Made by a program: the position numbers and the translations under genes. A stretch of DNA of 64,000 nt, taken from positions 992,001-1,056,000 of the forward strand of contig MU053472.1 in NCBI GenBank assembly GCA_013239625.1. Direction: 5' to 3'. Positions 39,201 through 53,300 of this stretch are shown piece after piece. A model generated the notes under the pieces. The model was given only the letters and a program-made list of their open reading frames with translations. It was not told where the DNA came from and made no database searches. Position 1 is the first letter of the stretch. Each line of letters opens with the position of its first letter. This DNA comes from Lama guanicoe. Its lineage: Eukaryota.

Positions 39201-39305
39201 CAGTGCCCCTTGCCTAGCCCCAGCCCCAGTGTCACGTCCAGTGACACCTGCTTCCCACCCAGAGGGCCACCGCACAGCCAGGCGCTGAGGATTGACCAAT
39301 GTCAG

Positions 39306-39320
39306 AGCGCCACCTAGTGT
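39306..39320 (-). promoter_or_regulatory. CTCF motif
   Basis: ACACTAGGTGGCGCT on the minus strand (one mismatch to consensus). Confidence 0.6.
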
Positions 39321-41722
39321 GCCCGGCGGGCACCTCAGCCCCTGCCCCAGCCATTCACTTTGCCTGGGGCAGGGCCTCCTCTCATGGGGTTGGGGAGTGG
39401 GGTGAGGACCAGGAAGGTCATTCCAAATGGCCTCATATCCAGCCTGCTGACATAATGTCCCGTGACACCATTCCTCCAGTCACAGAGACCTCAGAACCCA
39501 GTCAGGATGGTCTCCTCACAATTTGGAAGCTTTGTCCTCTCACAGGACAGCACTGCCTGCAAAGACTGGACTTAATAATTACTGTAAGGCTTCAAATGAG
39601 CTTTCATATAGCCTAATCACGTATTTCATTCATTGGTGAAAAAGCAAACTTCCCAGTTTTAGTAACCCCACTTTGGTAAGCATTTTTAACAAGAGCCTCA
39701 AATAATGAAGTGTATGGAGCCCATGCGCCATACTGTGGTCTTTTTCTTTGATTGATAAAGTCAAATGAGCACTGAGCACGGCAGCAGGGAGGTCAGGTGA
39801 ATCTAGGTTTGAAAACTTGCTCCACACCAGCTGTGTGACCTGGAAAAATTCACCTAAGCTTTCTGAGCCTTAATTTTCTCATCTGTGAAAGGGGGTGGTA
39901 ATGAGCACCATGTGAGATAAACGTGAGGCATCCAGCAGTGTCGGCCACTTAGCAGAGGCTCAATAAGGCCAGCCTCCTCTTCCTCACCCCCGCGGGGACC
40001 CACAGCCCCTTGAGCAGGGTCTCCACCGTTTTCTTGGTCCCGGAGCACTGGCCACGCTGCACCCTGCATCTCCATTTTCCGTGCGTATGTCTATCTCCTC
40101 CCTGCACCTGGCCCTGGACTCCTGGGGGCCCTAATCCCCTCTTCTTGCCCCCAGAAGCCCAGCCCAGCACCACGCCAATGGTGAGTGTGTATGGCAGCCA
40201 GTGGCTGAACTGGAATGTTCTCAGGTCAAATGCTACACCCTGTTAGGAGAGCCCATTCTCCAGCCCAGAAGCGAGACCAACCCAGGTTTCTTGCCCCGTC
40301 CAAATGAGCATTCCCCCTTCCAGAGCCCCAGTCTTCTCCCCTGTTAGGTGGTGCCGAAGCTCCTCATTCGCACAGTTGTGACAGGGAATAAAGAGGCCAT
40401 TTTTGAAGGCACTTGTAAAGGGTGTAACACACAGCGGGCCCTCAGTAAGCAGACTTTACTATGATAGCTGGGAGGCCCAGTTGGTGCTCAGAGCGTGGAA
40501 GGAAAGCAGGAAGAGCAGTGTTATCTCAGCTGTGCAACTTCAACTAAGCCACCAGGGCAAGGAGGCCGAGGGCAAGCTGGGGAGGGTGGAAGATGCTTAA
40601 AACTGGCAAAAATTAAAACCCAGTCAGGGTCCCAGCCGACAACTTATCCACAAGGAAGGCATCCCACGGGCCAGTAACTGGGTGGGAGAGGTCTCTCCTT
40701 CCCCCAGGGTGGGGATGGGGAATAGGCCCAGCGGGGAGAGGGAAGCGGGGCGAACAGCCTCTTTATTAACACAATTATTTTATTTGCCGAAAGGTAATCA
40801 TCCTAAGTGAGGTCAATGGGGCGGCTGGCCCACGTTGCCATGGCGATGGATCACTTCCAGCAGCAGCAAGGACTGGAGGCACCTGAGGAAGGATCCTCCC
40901 AGATCTCTCGTCTTCCCCTAGAGGAGGGCTGAATGAGACCTGCAGGAGTTTGTGTCCCCCTCCCAGCTCCAGGTGACAGACCAAGAGTCCCTGGGAGAAT
41001 GTCCCAGCCCAGATTTGCAAGGGGTCCATCCTAGTGGAGAGGGGTCTCTGCATCCATCATCTCTTTTCATCCTATAATAACCCCACAAAGAAGTGAGTCA
41101 GCATCACCTGACCATTTTACAGAACACTGTGGCTCAGAGGGGCTAGTGACCTGTTCAAAGACACACAGCACATGAAGATTTAGAGGCTGGAGCTCGAAGC
41201 CTAAGGCACCACTGGCAGTTGCCTCAGAGCCAGGGCTGTGACAGTGACAGGGAGGGATTAGACCAGGATCTTGAATGATCAGAAAAGCTGATGTGGAGGA
41301 AAAGTTGCTAACCTGGAAGTCATGTTACCCTCAGCAAATTTGCTCAGAGCCTCGATTTACCCAATGCATTCTACCTTTGTGACTTGACAGTCTAAGATGA
41401 AGCAGTGACCAAGACATGTTTTCCCAACTGTAAAATGGGCCAACGAAGCCTGGCCTTGGGGGCCCAGGATGTCAACGACAGCAGGTAAACTTGCCCCACT
41501 GAACAAAGAAGCTAGTTTGGTCATTTTCATCCAAATCTCAAAGGGTGTTAGCTCTACAAAGAAGGGAGCAAAACATGCCCTGCCCCCAAGTCCTCCAGCC
41601 CTGAAGTCCAGAAGACAGCACAGCAGACGCAGGCCCAAGGAAAGGTGCAGCCAGTCCTGGGGTAGGGGGCGGCGGGGTGGAGTGTCGCAGGGTGGTCCAT
41701 TTGGCTTATGCCCGCAGCATCT

Positions 41723-41737
41723 ATCGCCCCCTGGTGG
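41723..41737 (-). promoter_or_regulatory. CTCF motif
   Basis: CCACCAGGGGGCGAT on the minus strand. Confidence 0.7.
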
Positions 41738-42854
41738 ACGAATCTGACACAACTACAAGGGAAAACTACAACCAGTGGGAATTCAGATGGGGGTGGGGGA
41801 GAGACAGATAGGTGCACATGGAGCATCAGGGCAGGCTTTGTGGGCGGCGGGAGGCCAGTGGGACTTGAGCTGGGTCTCCCAGAAGATGGGCCTGGGATGG
41901 GAGTAGGAGGGAAGACATTTCGGGCAGTGGAAACTGTCCCCAATAAAAGCCTTCAGACTGTCAGGTGCCGAAAGAGGGTTTAGATGGGGGGAGAGGTAGA
42001 GAAAAGGGGCTTCCAGAGGCCCGAGAGGAAATACGAACCAGACTGGGGCAGATTGTAGCTAGTTCTGACCTTGAAGCTAAGAAGTCTGCACTTTATCCTG
42101 GAGGCAACGAGGAACCATAGGTTTCCGCGCAGGGACGGGAATGATCTGATTTGCAGTTGAGGCTTATCATTTGGAGAGAGAGTGGAGGCAAGAAGGCTTC
42201 GGGCTCTACAAAGAAGGGGGCTCTTTCCTTTAACAGTAGCCACACCTCAGCACGGCCTGGCTGGAGACCTTACAAGCCCTATTTTAACCACTGCACACAG
42301 GCCTCAAGCTGTGTGGGTTCCCCGCCTGGAGGCAGGTGGCAGGGAGGGTGAAGATTCCGACCCTGGGTCCCACTCTGGCCTCCTTCAGTCGGGGCCTCAA
42401 CATTGACTGAAGAGATGTGAGTCCCCTGAATGATGAAGAGGGCACCGGAAGAGGGTGGGGAGGGAGCCCCATTTACTAAGGGCCTGCTCAGTCCTGGTGA
42501 CGCTGGGGGCAAATGCCCTGAAGTCATTATCCCTGTTTCAAAGAAGGAAACCAAGATGTGGCATGGTTAGGGACAGTCCAGGACCCTTGGGGCTGGGACA
42601 CAAGCCCAAGTGGGTCTGACCCCAAAGGTCCTTTGCCACAAGCAGGAAGAGAAACTGAGGCCTCAAGGAAGCAAAGCCCCCTCCTCCCAGGAGCCCAGAT
42701 ACCATGGGGAGGCATTCCATAGGCCCCTGTCCCGCTCCTGCATCCCCTCCCAGCAGTCTCTCCACCAGCCACGGCAGGGGCCCAGCCTCCTATGACACAC
42801 GCTCACACGTGCTTTGAGTTCTGGCATATGGAAGACATTCACAAAGAAGCAGTG

Positions 42855-43156
42855 GAATCTAAAAAACTGACACAAATGAACTTATTTATAAAACAGAGAC
42901 TCACAGACAGAAAACAAACTTACGGTTACCAAATGGGAAAGGGAGAGGGATAAATTAGGAGTTTGGAATTAGCAGATACACACTACTATATATAAAATAG
43001 ATAAGCAACAAGGTCCTACTGTACAGCACAGGGAACCATATTCAATAGCTTGTAATAACCTATAATGAAAAAGAATATATATGTATAACTGAATCACTGT
43101 GCTGTACACCTGAAACACAACATTGTAAATCAACTATACTTCAATTAAAAAAAACA
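42855..43156 (+). mobile_element. L1 3'UTR fragment
   Basis: ggaatctaaaaaactgacacaaatgaacttatttataaaacag...tgtaaatcaactatacttcaattaaaaaaa; similar to 10978-11300; flanked by aagcagt. Confidence 0.9.
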
Positions 43157-46100
43157 AACAAAGCAGTTCATTCCAACTTCCCATTTTAGATTCACCAACC
43201 TCATCTGAGGCTGCCAACTGGAGTTCCCGTCCTGTGCCAGGTGACACTGAGTAAAGGCAGGAGATAGCAGGAGGCTGCCCAGGATGGGGTCCCTGCCCCA
43301 CCAACCCAGGGAGGAGGCCAAGTCAGGGGCCTGACAGACAGGAGAACTTCTAAGGATGGGACAAGAGCAGAGGTTTTGAGGGAGGCTCCAGGACAGGAGA
43401 CAGAATCAGAGACTGGGTGAGAGACAGAGAGGAGGTGGATGGTGCTAGTTCACAGCTGGGCCGGGCAGCAATGCGCAGGGTACTGGCCACACTCCAGCCG
43501 GGTAATGGTGCCAGCTCAGCCCTAAACTTTAATCAGTGGATCTAAGGCTTGGCCACAATCAGCAGCAAGAAGATTAGCAGAGACCTGGAAGGGAAGGAGG
43601 AGGGGGGCGTCTAGCCAAGGAAGGGTGTGCATGGAATTTATCTGGGGGGAGTTGGGGAGGGTTCAACACCCCTTCCCACAAGGCATGGAGTGGGAGGTGG
43701 AGGTGGGAGGCAGACTGAGCTATGTCAACAAGGAAACAAATCTGACCCACTGAGGCTCAGCTGGACCCCAAAACTCAGCCTCCAATACCCTTCTCCCTCA
43801 ATCTCAACAAGCCTCAAGTGAGACACCAAGAAGAACTTACCAACCAGTAAGACCCCGGGATGCCTGAGCAGGGGAGGCTCAAGGTGTTCACGCCTTCCTT
43901 ACCTGGGGAAGGTGGTCTCCGTAGAGGGGTTCTGGTGCCCCCATTCTCCCCTTCAGGCCAGGCTGTACTAGGGATGGACCCGTATGGGCCACGGTCCCAC
44001 CCCCCAAGTGCTCTGGAGAGAGGGTGGAAAGTAGGAGGCGACAAATGGTATCAGCTGCCCAACATAACTTATTAGCATCTAGGCAAGATTAATCAAGCCC
44101 AGAAACCTCGAGCAGACCCCTAATTAGTTGCTGCTGATAACTATATTTGTCATGCTCTCCAATTATTCCACTGTAAATTTCAGAGTTTAATTGCACCTTG
44201 TTCTTCATTGAAGTGTCACTGTTTGCACATGCTCCCCTAATTCTTTAGCAAATTTGACAAAATTCAGCATTAAATATAGATTATCTTTAGATTTCCATAA
44301 TTAACACAACCAAACTGTCTCAGGCCTAAATATTTCTCCCAGCACCATAAATCTGGCCTGTCCCCGGAACCCAGAGAGCCGCTCCCAGCTCCCCCAGCAG
44401 AGGCCGTGGTGAGAACATGCATGCACATCTGTGAACTTACAGGACAGGCCTGTGCAGGGCTGTGGCGGGGGTGGTGGGCGAGGCTTCATTGAGGGCACAC
44501 ACCCAGGGACCATCGCACCCCCCAAATGTGTAGGAAGCCCCATTGAGGCTGCTCCCTGGGGCATCTCAGTCGTGTCCCAGGGCTTAAAAGTTCAGTCCAG
44601 CATCACAGTTGACCTCTGGCCCTGGCAGGTGGGCTAGAGGCCTATGGCCCTGCCTATAGTCAGGCCATGAGCCACTTCACCCCATGATGGCCAAAGGGCC
44701 CCGTGTGACTTTTCCCCTGTTACGACTGCCCTTGACGTTAGACATTACACTAGGATCATGGCCCAGGCAGACAGAAATGTCCTCTGTGCCACGCCCTCCC
44801 CCGGCGCCCTCACTGATCAAGCTTCTAACACCCCCTTTCTAGACTCACCAGGTGAATATATTTCCATCAACTCTAAACATGCCCACCTGAGGCTCTTAGC
44901 TCAGCATGGAGGGGAGGGAGGAATTCATACCCACCCCCAGCAGGCTGTGAATCTTTTCCACCAGCCCCCCGAGCCCCAAATCTAATACCCCGACAAAGCC
45001 AGCAAGGTATCCCATTTCTAAGATGACGAAGGGGCAGCAGGGGTGGGTAGCAGAGGGCAGAGAAGCCAGTGCTTCCCCAAGAGCCCTCCCAGCCCTTGGC
45101 CCTTGGGAAGAGATTCACATTATGGGTTTGTCCCAAGTCAAGTCCCTTCCCTAGGCTGGCTGGTTCGTGGGCAGCAGAGAATCCAGAGTTCAAGTGAGAG
45201 GCAAGGCCCCTACCCCATGCTGCAGTCATGCGCACCCCCCCACACACACACACACTCACACAGAGACAAATGGGCACAGATGCAGACACACCAGTGATAC
45301 CCACGGATACACACACAGACACACACAATCACACAAAGACAGACATACACACACAGAAGCACACATCCCTCTGCCCAAGCCCTGTGGGAAGATGAGGGCA
45401 GCCAGACAGGGAAGTACTCCCCAGAAATCAGTGGCATTTCCGGTCTTGCTGCACTGAAGGGCCAGAACAGGCCGGGGACATCGGCAGACTGCTCGCCAGC
45501 CTTCTCGCCCTCTGCCCTGCCTGCCGGCTCACTGTTTCCCTGGTGAAGCTACCGTGGTGGCTCAGGGGCTGCAGGTAGAAGCAGGCAGTAATGCTGAGAA
45601 GCCTCAAAGTGTACTTGCAGCAAATTTGGAGAAAAATCAATGGCCTTTAATGAGATCTGATTTTTCTCCATGATGGGGATCTCTGGGTGCAACGTGGGAG
45701 GAGATGGGCCCGGGCACAGCTTGTAGGGCTGAGAGGGAGTGGACAACCAGCAGGCACTGGTCGAGGCAGAGACAGAAGACCAACAGGTAGGTGATCAGGC
45801 TGCCATCCAGCCCCACCCCACCAGGCGGAGAGGGCCCCTGGGCCGGCTTGGGTGTCTGCCATGGCCAGGCAGGGTTCTGGATCCAGGAGGCTGGATCCCC
45901 AGCCTGCAGAAGGAATGAGGGGCTGAGGCCCAGCCGGGTCAGATGGGCCAGCCAAGGCCAAGAACAGAGGGAAGTGGCACCGGAGGGTGGGGGAGAGCCC
46001 ACTCAAGGTCATTGGCTTCAGAGGGATGTGAGAGGTGATTCCTGAGCATCTGCCAGGCCCCAGGCACTGGCTCTTGTCATTCAGCAGAAAACCCTGCAAG

Positions 46101-46964
46101 AGAGGTAATGACCCCTCGCTCGGGTGAAGAAAATGGAGATCAGAGAAGTTAAAGACATTGCCCACAGCCACCCATGTAGGAGAGCCTGAGGCAGCAGCTC
46201 TGAAGTTTGTGTTTCCTCCATTCTGCTCACAAGCAGCCCCTCGCAGGGGATGAAGGTACCACATCTTCATCCCTCTTCTTCTCTTCCAGATACTTGGGCC
46301 ATCTGAGTCAGAGCTTGGTTCAGGCTCCAGGGTGGCAGGAACTCAGGGAATCTCTTCCACGAATCACAAGACTTCCCCAGGCACAGAGGTCAGCTACAGT
46401 CCTATCTACAACACCCCACTGGCTGAAGCTTTGAGCTCCCTCCTTCTTTACTGAATCATAGAGGGAATAGGGGCCATCAACTCAACCTTAACATCATGTG
46501 CCTGAAGCCCCTGTACAACATCCTGCCTGAGTGGTCATCTGAGTGCTTGCACTCCTCCAGTGACAGGGAACTCACTACCTCTAAAGAACTCCATTCAACC
46601 TCTGAGACCCTGTTAGACTGAGCTGCTATTTACCTCCCTGAGCCTCCCACTGGTCCCAATCCTGCCCTCTGGGTTGCTGCTCTGCTCCATGAGAGCTCTT
46701 CTGTAATTCGAACACCATGGCCACTGCTCCCACCACCGCCTCCACTACGTGCTTCCATTCTCCCGGCTAAACACTCCCTCATTCCCTCAACTGTTGCAGA
46801 CTGCCCTCCCCCATTCCCTCCCACCCACCCAAAGGTGTCTGCAGAATCGTTGACAGCAGAGGGGAGTGGTTAAAAGCAACCATTTTGGATGGACTTGGCA
46901 ATGATTTCTTAGATATGACACCAAAAGCACAGACAATAAAAGAAAAAAAAGTAACATCTTTTCA

Positions 46965-47045
46965 AAAAAAATGGAGGTCTTGAGGATTGAACCGAGGACC
47001 TCACACATGCTAAGCACATGCTCTACCACTGAGCTACACCCCTAC
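46965..47045 (-). mobile_element. tRNA-Ala-derived SINE nested in L1
   Basis: Reverse-complement SINE body inside an old L1; flanked by aaagaaaaaa..gta duplicates. Confidence 0.85.
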
Positions 47046-47263
47046 ACTCAAAAGAAAAAAGTAGATAAATGAGGCTATATCAAAATTTGAAACTTCTGTG
47101 CATCAGGGGACACAGTCAGCGGGTGAAAAGCAACTACAGAGTGAGCTGGTTGGAGAAAATATTTGCAAATCATTATCTGATGAGGGATTAATAGTCAAAA
47201 TACACAAAGAACTACAACTTAACAACAAAAACCTAAAAAAACCCAATTAAAAATTGGGCAAAG

Positions 47264-47390
47264 AGGCGGGGAGTGTATAGTTCAAGTGGTAAAGCTCACG
47301 CATGAGGTCCTGGGTTCAATCCCCAGTACCTCCATTGTTAAAAAATATATACTTAAATAAGAAACCTAATTACCTTCTCTCACCAGAAAA
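47264..47390 (+). mobile_element. tRNA-Ala-derived SINE nested in L1
   Basis: SINE body with an internal deletion; clear TSD aaaaattgggcaaag on both sides. Confidence 0.88.
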
Positions 47391-50300
47391 AAAAATTGGG
47401 CAAAGGACTTGAATAAACATGTCTTCAAAGATGATACACAGATGGCAAGAAGCATATGAAAAGATGCTCAGCATCACTAATCGTTAGGGAAATGCGAACT
47501 AAACCCACAATGAGATATCACCTCACACCCACTAGGGTGGCTAATATAGAAAAAAAGAAGAAGAAAATAACGCGTGTTGGTGTGGCTCTGGAGAAACTGG
47601 AACCCTTAGGCTCTGCTGGTGGGATTGTAAAATGGTGCAGCCACTAGGGGAAACAGTATGGCGGTTCCTTAAAAAATTAAAAACAGAACTACCAGATGAT
47701 CCAGCAATCGTACTTCTAGGTGTATATCCATAAGAATTAAAAACAGGATCACAAAGAGGGATTTGCACACTTATGTTCATTGAGCATTATTCACAATAGC
47801 CAAGAGAGGGAAGTAACCCAAGTGCCCATCAACTGATGGATGGATAAACAAAATGTGGTATATACATGCTGTGGAATATTATTCAGCCTTTAAAAAGGGA
47901 AGAAAGCTTGTCAGGTGCTACCAGATGAACCCTAGAGACATTATGCTAAATGAAATAAGCCAGTCATAAGAAGACAAATACTACATGACTCCACTTATAT
48001 GAGTATCTAAAGTTGTCAAATTCACAGAAACAGAAAATAGAACGGTGGTTGTCAGGGCTCGGGGGAGGAATGGGGAGCAGTTGTTTCCTGGGTGTAGAGT
48101 TTCAGTTCTGTAAGACAAAAAATCTGCAGATCTGTTGCCCTCTGCCAATGTGCATTTGCATCCCCCTCTCCCTGCTCTATTTCTTGCATAACACACTACA
48201 TAAATTTACTCACTGATTTTTGCTGAGTTGCTCACTGCTGTAGCCCCCTTTGGCACACAGTAGGTGCTCGGTAAATATTTGTTAAATGACAGCAAGAGCT
48301 AAGTCTTGGCCGTCTATCCTCAGAGGCCCTCTGCCCCACCCTCGACTCCCATCTTAGCGGCAGGGTCTGCAGCTTTAAGGACTCCTGCTCCCAGGTCCCG
48401 GCAGAGGAGGTAAGAGCCCCACTTCCCTTGAAGCCCCAGGCTCCCCAGCTGCCACTCAGTCTGGCCTGGGCACCAATCCTGTCCATCAATATTGGCCTCC
48501 AGCAGCCACACTTGGACGCCCACCCCGATCGATAACCAGCGACTGCCATCGATCAGCCCCTCGGGGTAGAGCCAGGGGAGAGCCAGAGAGAGGGACATGC
48601 AGGGTCTGGAGACACAGCCCCAGAGAGGGAGCAGGAACAGGGAGCCCCAGGGACAGGCAGACAGGATGGAGACAATCAGGCAGAGCTGGGAAGGAGAGGC
48701 AGTGCCAGACCCTGAGCTAGGACAGGGAAAGGGGTGGACACAGAGGGAGGCCCCTGAGAAAGACAGCAGAGGCAGCCGGGGAGAGTTCTCGAAGTTCCAA
48801 CCTCGTGCCAAGGGCATCTTCTCTCAAGCCCCAGCACAACCCCGGGGAGGGGCGCCATTTTTCAGGGAGGAAACTAAGCTGGGAGGTTCAGAAACTCAGC
48901 CAAGACCTGAGCCTTTAGATGTGGGAGCAGAGCTGGGATTTAAGCCCAAGTCTGGGTGTCTCCAGGGGTTGAAGCTCTCTGCCACAGCCCGCTGCAGCTC
49001 TGAGCTGTCACTCTGGCCTCCCAGCCTGAGCACAGCACCCACAGCTGGGTTGGGAGGGAGTCCCCCCCCATCCATTGGAATGTCCCTCTAAGAGCTTGTC
49101 CAGATGGCTGGGGAGACGGGGAGCGGAGAGGCGGGGTGGGGCGCTGCAGGGGGCAGGGGCTTGGTGTCGGAGGTGGGGAGGGTGGCTGTGTGTGGACGTG
49201 GCTTGCCCTCCCCAGCAGCAGCTTCCTAGCTGGCGCTTGGGCTTCAGGCTCTCTCCTGCCAACCCCAGCTCCCCACCGTCTCTCCCCTCCCACCTCCCAA
49301 AGCCTTCTGATGGCCACACCACGACCTGGGGCAAGTCACTCAGCCCCTCAGAGCCTACTTCCTATCTCTAAACCAAAGGTAGTGACAGTGCCCACCCCAA
49401 AGCATCATAAGGACTAAAGGAGACAGGCATGAAGAGCCGTTAGCACGTGGTAAGTACGTGATAAACGTGAGCACCATCACCAGCACCAGCATCGTTATCA
49501 TCATCCTCGTCACCGTCACCCTGCTCCAAGCACCCGGTTTCTGGGTCCCACACCCACTACTGTGAGACCGCTGTGTGTGTGCTGGTCTCAGGGCTCCGAT
49601 TTAAACAAGACCCAGCCCCTTGTGGTGCCCAACCCCAGCTAGTACCCCCATCTGCGGGAGGGGAATCTGTGCAAGGCCAGGAATGCAGACGGGTCTCGGC
49701 AGGGCTGAGGGCTGAGGGGTTCCACCCGAGCGTCCCCTCAGCCCTCGATTAGCTCCTTTGTTTCAGAGAACCCAGAGCAGCTGTGGCCCAGGCTCATTTG
49801 CATCTTGCCTCCTCTGAAAGGGGAAGGTCAGGGCCAGCTGGAAACAAGCAGAGAGATGTGCCCCCCAACCCACCAGAGAAGAGGAGGGGGAGGGAATTAG
49901 TCCCCGACCTCAGGCCCCATTCTCTTGTTCATTCAAGGTTTTAAAACCCCCAGTGTGTGCCTGGCCCTGTGTGGGACCGGGGAATACGAAGGGAGTAAAG
50001 CTAATTCCTGCTCCAGCATCTAAAGGAGGGAGTGGGTGTTCCCAGGGGCTGGGAGGGGCTTGCAGTTATAGGGGGCTGGGGGCCTGGAAGGTACTTGCAA
50101 GAAGGGACCAAGCCCACCGTCTTACTGCCTCCCTCTTTTGCTGACCTGTGTCCTGTTTTCTTCGTTCTAAAGGAATCTGTTCAGCCCACTGACATTTTTC
50201 TGAGGTGACAGACGAACCACAAAAGGTACCACTTTGCATGGAGTCTCCCTTCTGACAACCACAAACCTTAGGAAAAAAGCCGGGGGTTTGAGGGGCACAG

Positions 50301-53300
50301 AGGTGGCAGGAGACGGCAGAAGGGGCCATGTTCAGCCAGACTGCCTGCCGGGTTGGGGCAGGGAGGGGCCGGCCCCAGCCCACCTCCGGGCCACCGCAGC
50401 TGGTGAAGGGTGTCCTCTGAAATGGAATATTGTGACAGAGAGGGCGCATAGGGGGCGAAGGACAGGCATTTCCATAAGAATCCTCCTTGGAGTGTAGTGG
50501 AGGGGAACAGGTTTAGAAGCAGCCTTCCCAGGGCCCGAGGTATAAATCTCCAGGTCCCAGTTCAAGGACCAGCCTCCCTCCTGTTCCTGTCTAGGGAGGA
50601 AACTGGAAGCTTTAACTGGGGCAAAGCTCACGCCCTTTTCTGCGTCTTTTGAACCTAACAGTTGCTGGGGCTTTGGCCCTGGTACCCCACCCTGGTCGAC
50701 CAAAATCCTGCTTTTTTGTTTCTTTGTTATATACTAAGATAATTCTAAGAGCAGTTGTTGTGCCTGTAAAATCACAACAGCCGCCACTGTAGAGAGGTTA
50801 CAATTCACTGGGCACTGTGCTACCCTGCTGTGGGTACCCTATCCCCACTTCACAGAAGGGGTGACTGAATGAATGTCCTGGAGGACAGCGCCTTGCCTTA
50901 GGTCATCCAGCTAGGAAGTGGTGGGGCAGGATTCGAACCCAAGGCCAAGCCGTGTTCACACCGAGTGAGTCAAGGGAGATTCAAAAGGAAGGAAGACGTG
51001 GCCAGGTTGGGATGTGGTGGGGTTGAGGAGGCCTGCGGAGGAGAGGCCGATGGGGGAGGGGAAAGGAAGGGGCAGCCTCAGGGGCTATACCCCTGACCAG
51101 GCCCCCAGACCCTGGGGGGAGGGGACATAGCCTCCTGGCCAGTGGGCACCTCTCACCCACAGAAAACGCTCTCTGTGTGGGTCTGAGCACAGACCTAGGG
51201 GTGGGGAGCAGGGAGCTCGGGGCTGGGTAGGAGGCAGTTAGAACTTTCTGGAGCACCTCCCCCAGCAGGAGGAGCTGAAGACCACCAGGGAGGTGTTAAT
51301 GAAACAGAGAAGCTGTGAACAGACCCAGGAGTGATTCCAATCTGACACCTCCACCCCAGCCCCCACCATTAATGAGCTGGGACCTGCCCTTCTCCCTAGA
51401 GAGAGGGGTGGCAGCGGCCGGAAGGAGGAGGGGGAGTCCCCGGGCATCTCTGTAGCGTCAGATGCCTCCTTTCCACCTCCTGCTCATAACTTGTTATTCC
51501 TCTCATCATCATTACTGTCACTGCCATAAACACTCATGTTTATTGAGCACTTACTGTGCCCAGGCTAAGTCCTTTTCATACATACACCTGATCACAACAA
51601 CTTCTATGACAGGCACTATCTCCATTTTACAGGTGAACAAACTGAGGTTCAGTTGGATTAAGGGACTGGCCTGAGGCAGACCAAGAACTTGGACCCTGGA
51701 CTGTCTGACTCAGAAGTGTGTTCTGAATGCTTTCACTAGCGTGCCTCTGACCTGGCCCCACCCCGGCCTCAGCAGGAGGGTGGGTGGGATGGAAGCGCTC
51801 CCCAGTGTGGGGACAGACTGGGGAGCCCAACCCTGGGGGCACTGGGAGTGGACCCTGGTGTGGCTCCAGGGCTAGAGCCAAACTGGTGAGTAAAGGCAAC
51901 ACCCTGGGTCCTGGAAGTTCCAGAACTGGGAAGAAAGCAGAGCAGGATCCCATCCCTGCCACCAGCCTCTGGTCTCCCTGGGGGCTCCGCTGGCTCTCCC
52001 CTCATGTGTGCAATGAGAGCTGGGCCAGGGGGCTCCGAGGAAGGACCTCCAACTCTTCGCACTGTCTTGGGAAGGGGATGGAGAGGGGAGGGGTGTTGGC
52101 TGGGGAGGCCAGAAGTAATGGGGTGGGGGGGTGCTAGGAAGACCCTTACCTCTGGCCCAGGAGGGAGAGGCTGAGCAGCTCTGAGTCCCATGTTTGTAAA
52201 CATCATTAATCAGGGATTAGCAGATGGGCATGCTAATTGCACCTGTGGAAGCCTGAGACCTCAAGGTTGATTACATTTACAAACTGTGGGGCTTCCTGCC
52301 CCAAAAAAAAAAAAATCTAGCCCTGGAGGGGGCACGGGTGCTGTCCACAACTGAGCTGCTCTGGGAACATCAGGCTTCTGAGACCCTTCCCCTTGTGGCT
52401 CCTGCAAATGTCCCTTCAACCCCTTCCCCTCTCCAACTCTGGAGCCTATGGAGAAACGGGGGCCGGGCTGGTGGGAGGGCAGAGTCGGCACCCTGACCTC
52501 GAGGTCTGCCCCCAGGGGCTGTGAGAACACCCCGAAGTCCTCCGTGGAGCTGAGGGCTTGACGGGCTCGGCCTCATTTAATCCGCACCGCAATCCTCCAG
52601 AGTGGCCACTACTCTTACCCCGTGTGCAGACGAGGAAAGCGAAGCCTTGGGAAAGTTAAGGCACAGGTCCGCATTGACACCACTAGCAAGTGTCAGACTT
52701 GGAACTCAAAGCAAGCACTGCTAACAGCTGGGGTCACATTCTCCATCACCACCGTGCCCTCCTCTGGCTGCGTCCTGATGCTGCCCCCTTCATACCCTTG
52801 GCCACTGCCACCCCAGCTCCTGGGTATTTAATCACATTTGCTGAGCAACCTCTCTGCGCCAGGCACTGCTCTGCGCCAGGCACCCGAGGCTCCATCCAAT
52901 GGTTTTGGGGCATCAGGTGCATTTCGTTGAGTCTTAGGACTACTTGGTTTGCATAACTACACACCTGTGTGTACCTGGCAGGTAATTACAACCCCAATTC
53001 CCTTTGGTTCAAGTGAGCCTGTCTTCCCAGAGGACAGCCAGCCCGCTACCCAGGAGGTGAAACAGGGAGGAACCCCCGGCAGGGAGTGGTCCTCTAGGTG
53101 GCCCAGACCATTGGGACCCAGAAAGCTAATGAACAGCAGGCTGGAGGCAGGTCAGATAGGGTTCCAGACACCATGGAGGAGTCGTGGGCAGGAGCGGGGC
53201 TCTGGACCCCGAGGACACCAACCTCAACTTCTAGGCTGCACGCTGGGTTTAGTCCTAGAGAGCAGAGCTCGACTTTGTACCCCATCCCTCGAATGGGAGG

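Larger units (their letters stand above)
46880..48135 (+). mobile_element. Old L1 (L1M-type ORF2 3' end plus 3'UTR) containing two SINEs
   Basis: Degenerate ORF2 peptide MKRCSASLIVREMRTKPTMRYHLTPTRVANI; gatccagcaatc..cttctaggtgtatatcca; attattcacaatagccaa. Confidence 0.92.

Noticed and set aside
47456..47647. ORF resembling the L1 ORF2 C-terminus
   Set aside because: Short remnant of a decayed L1; not a gene or an active element.
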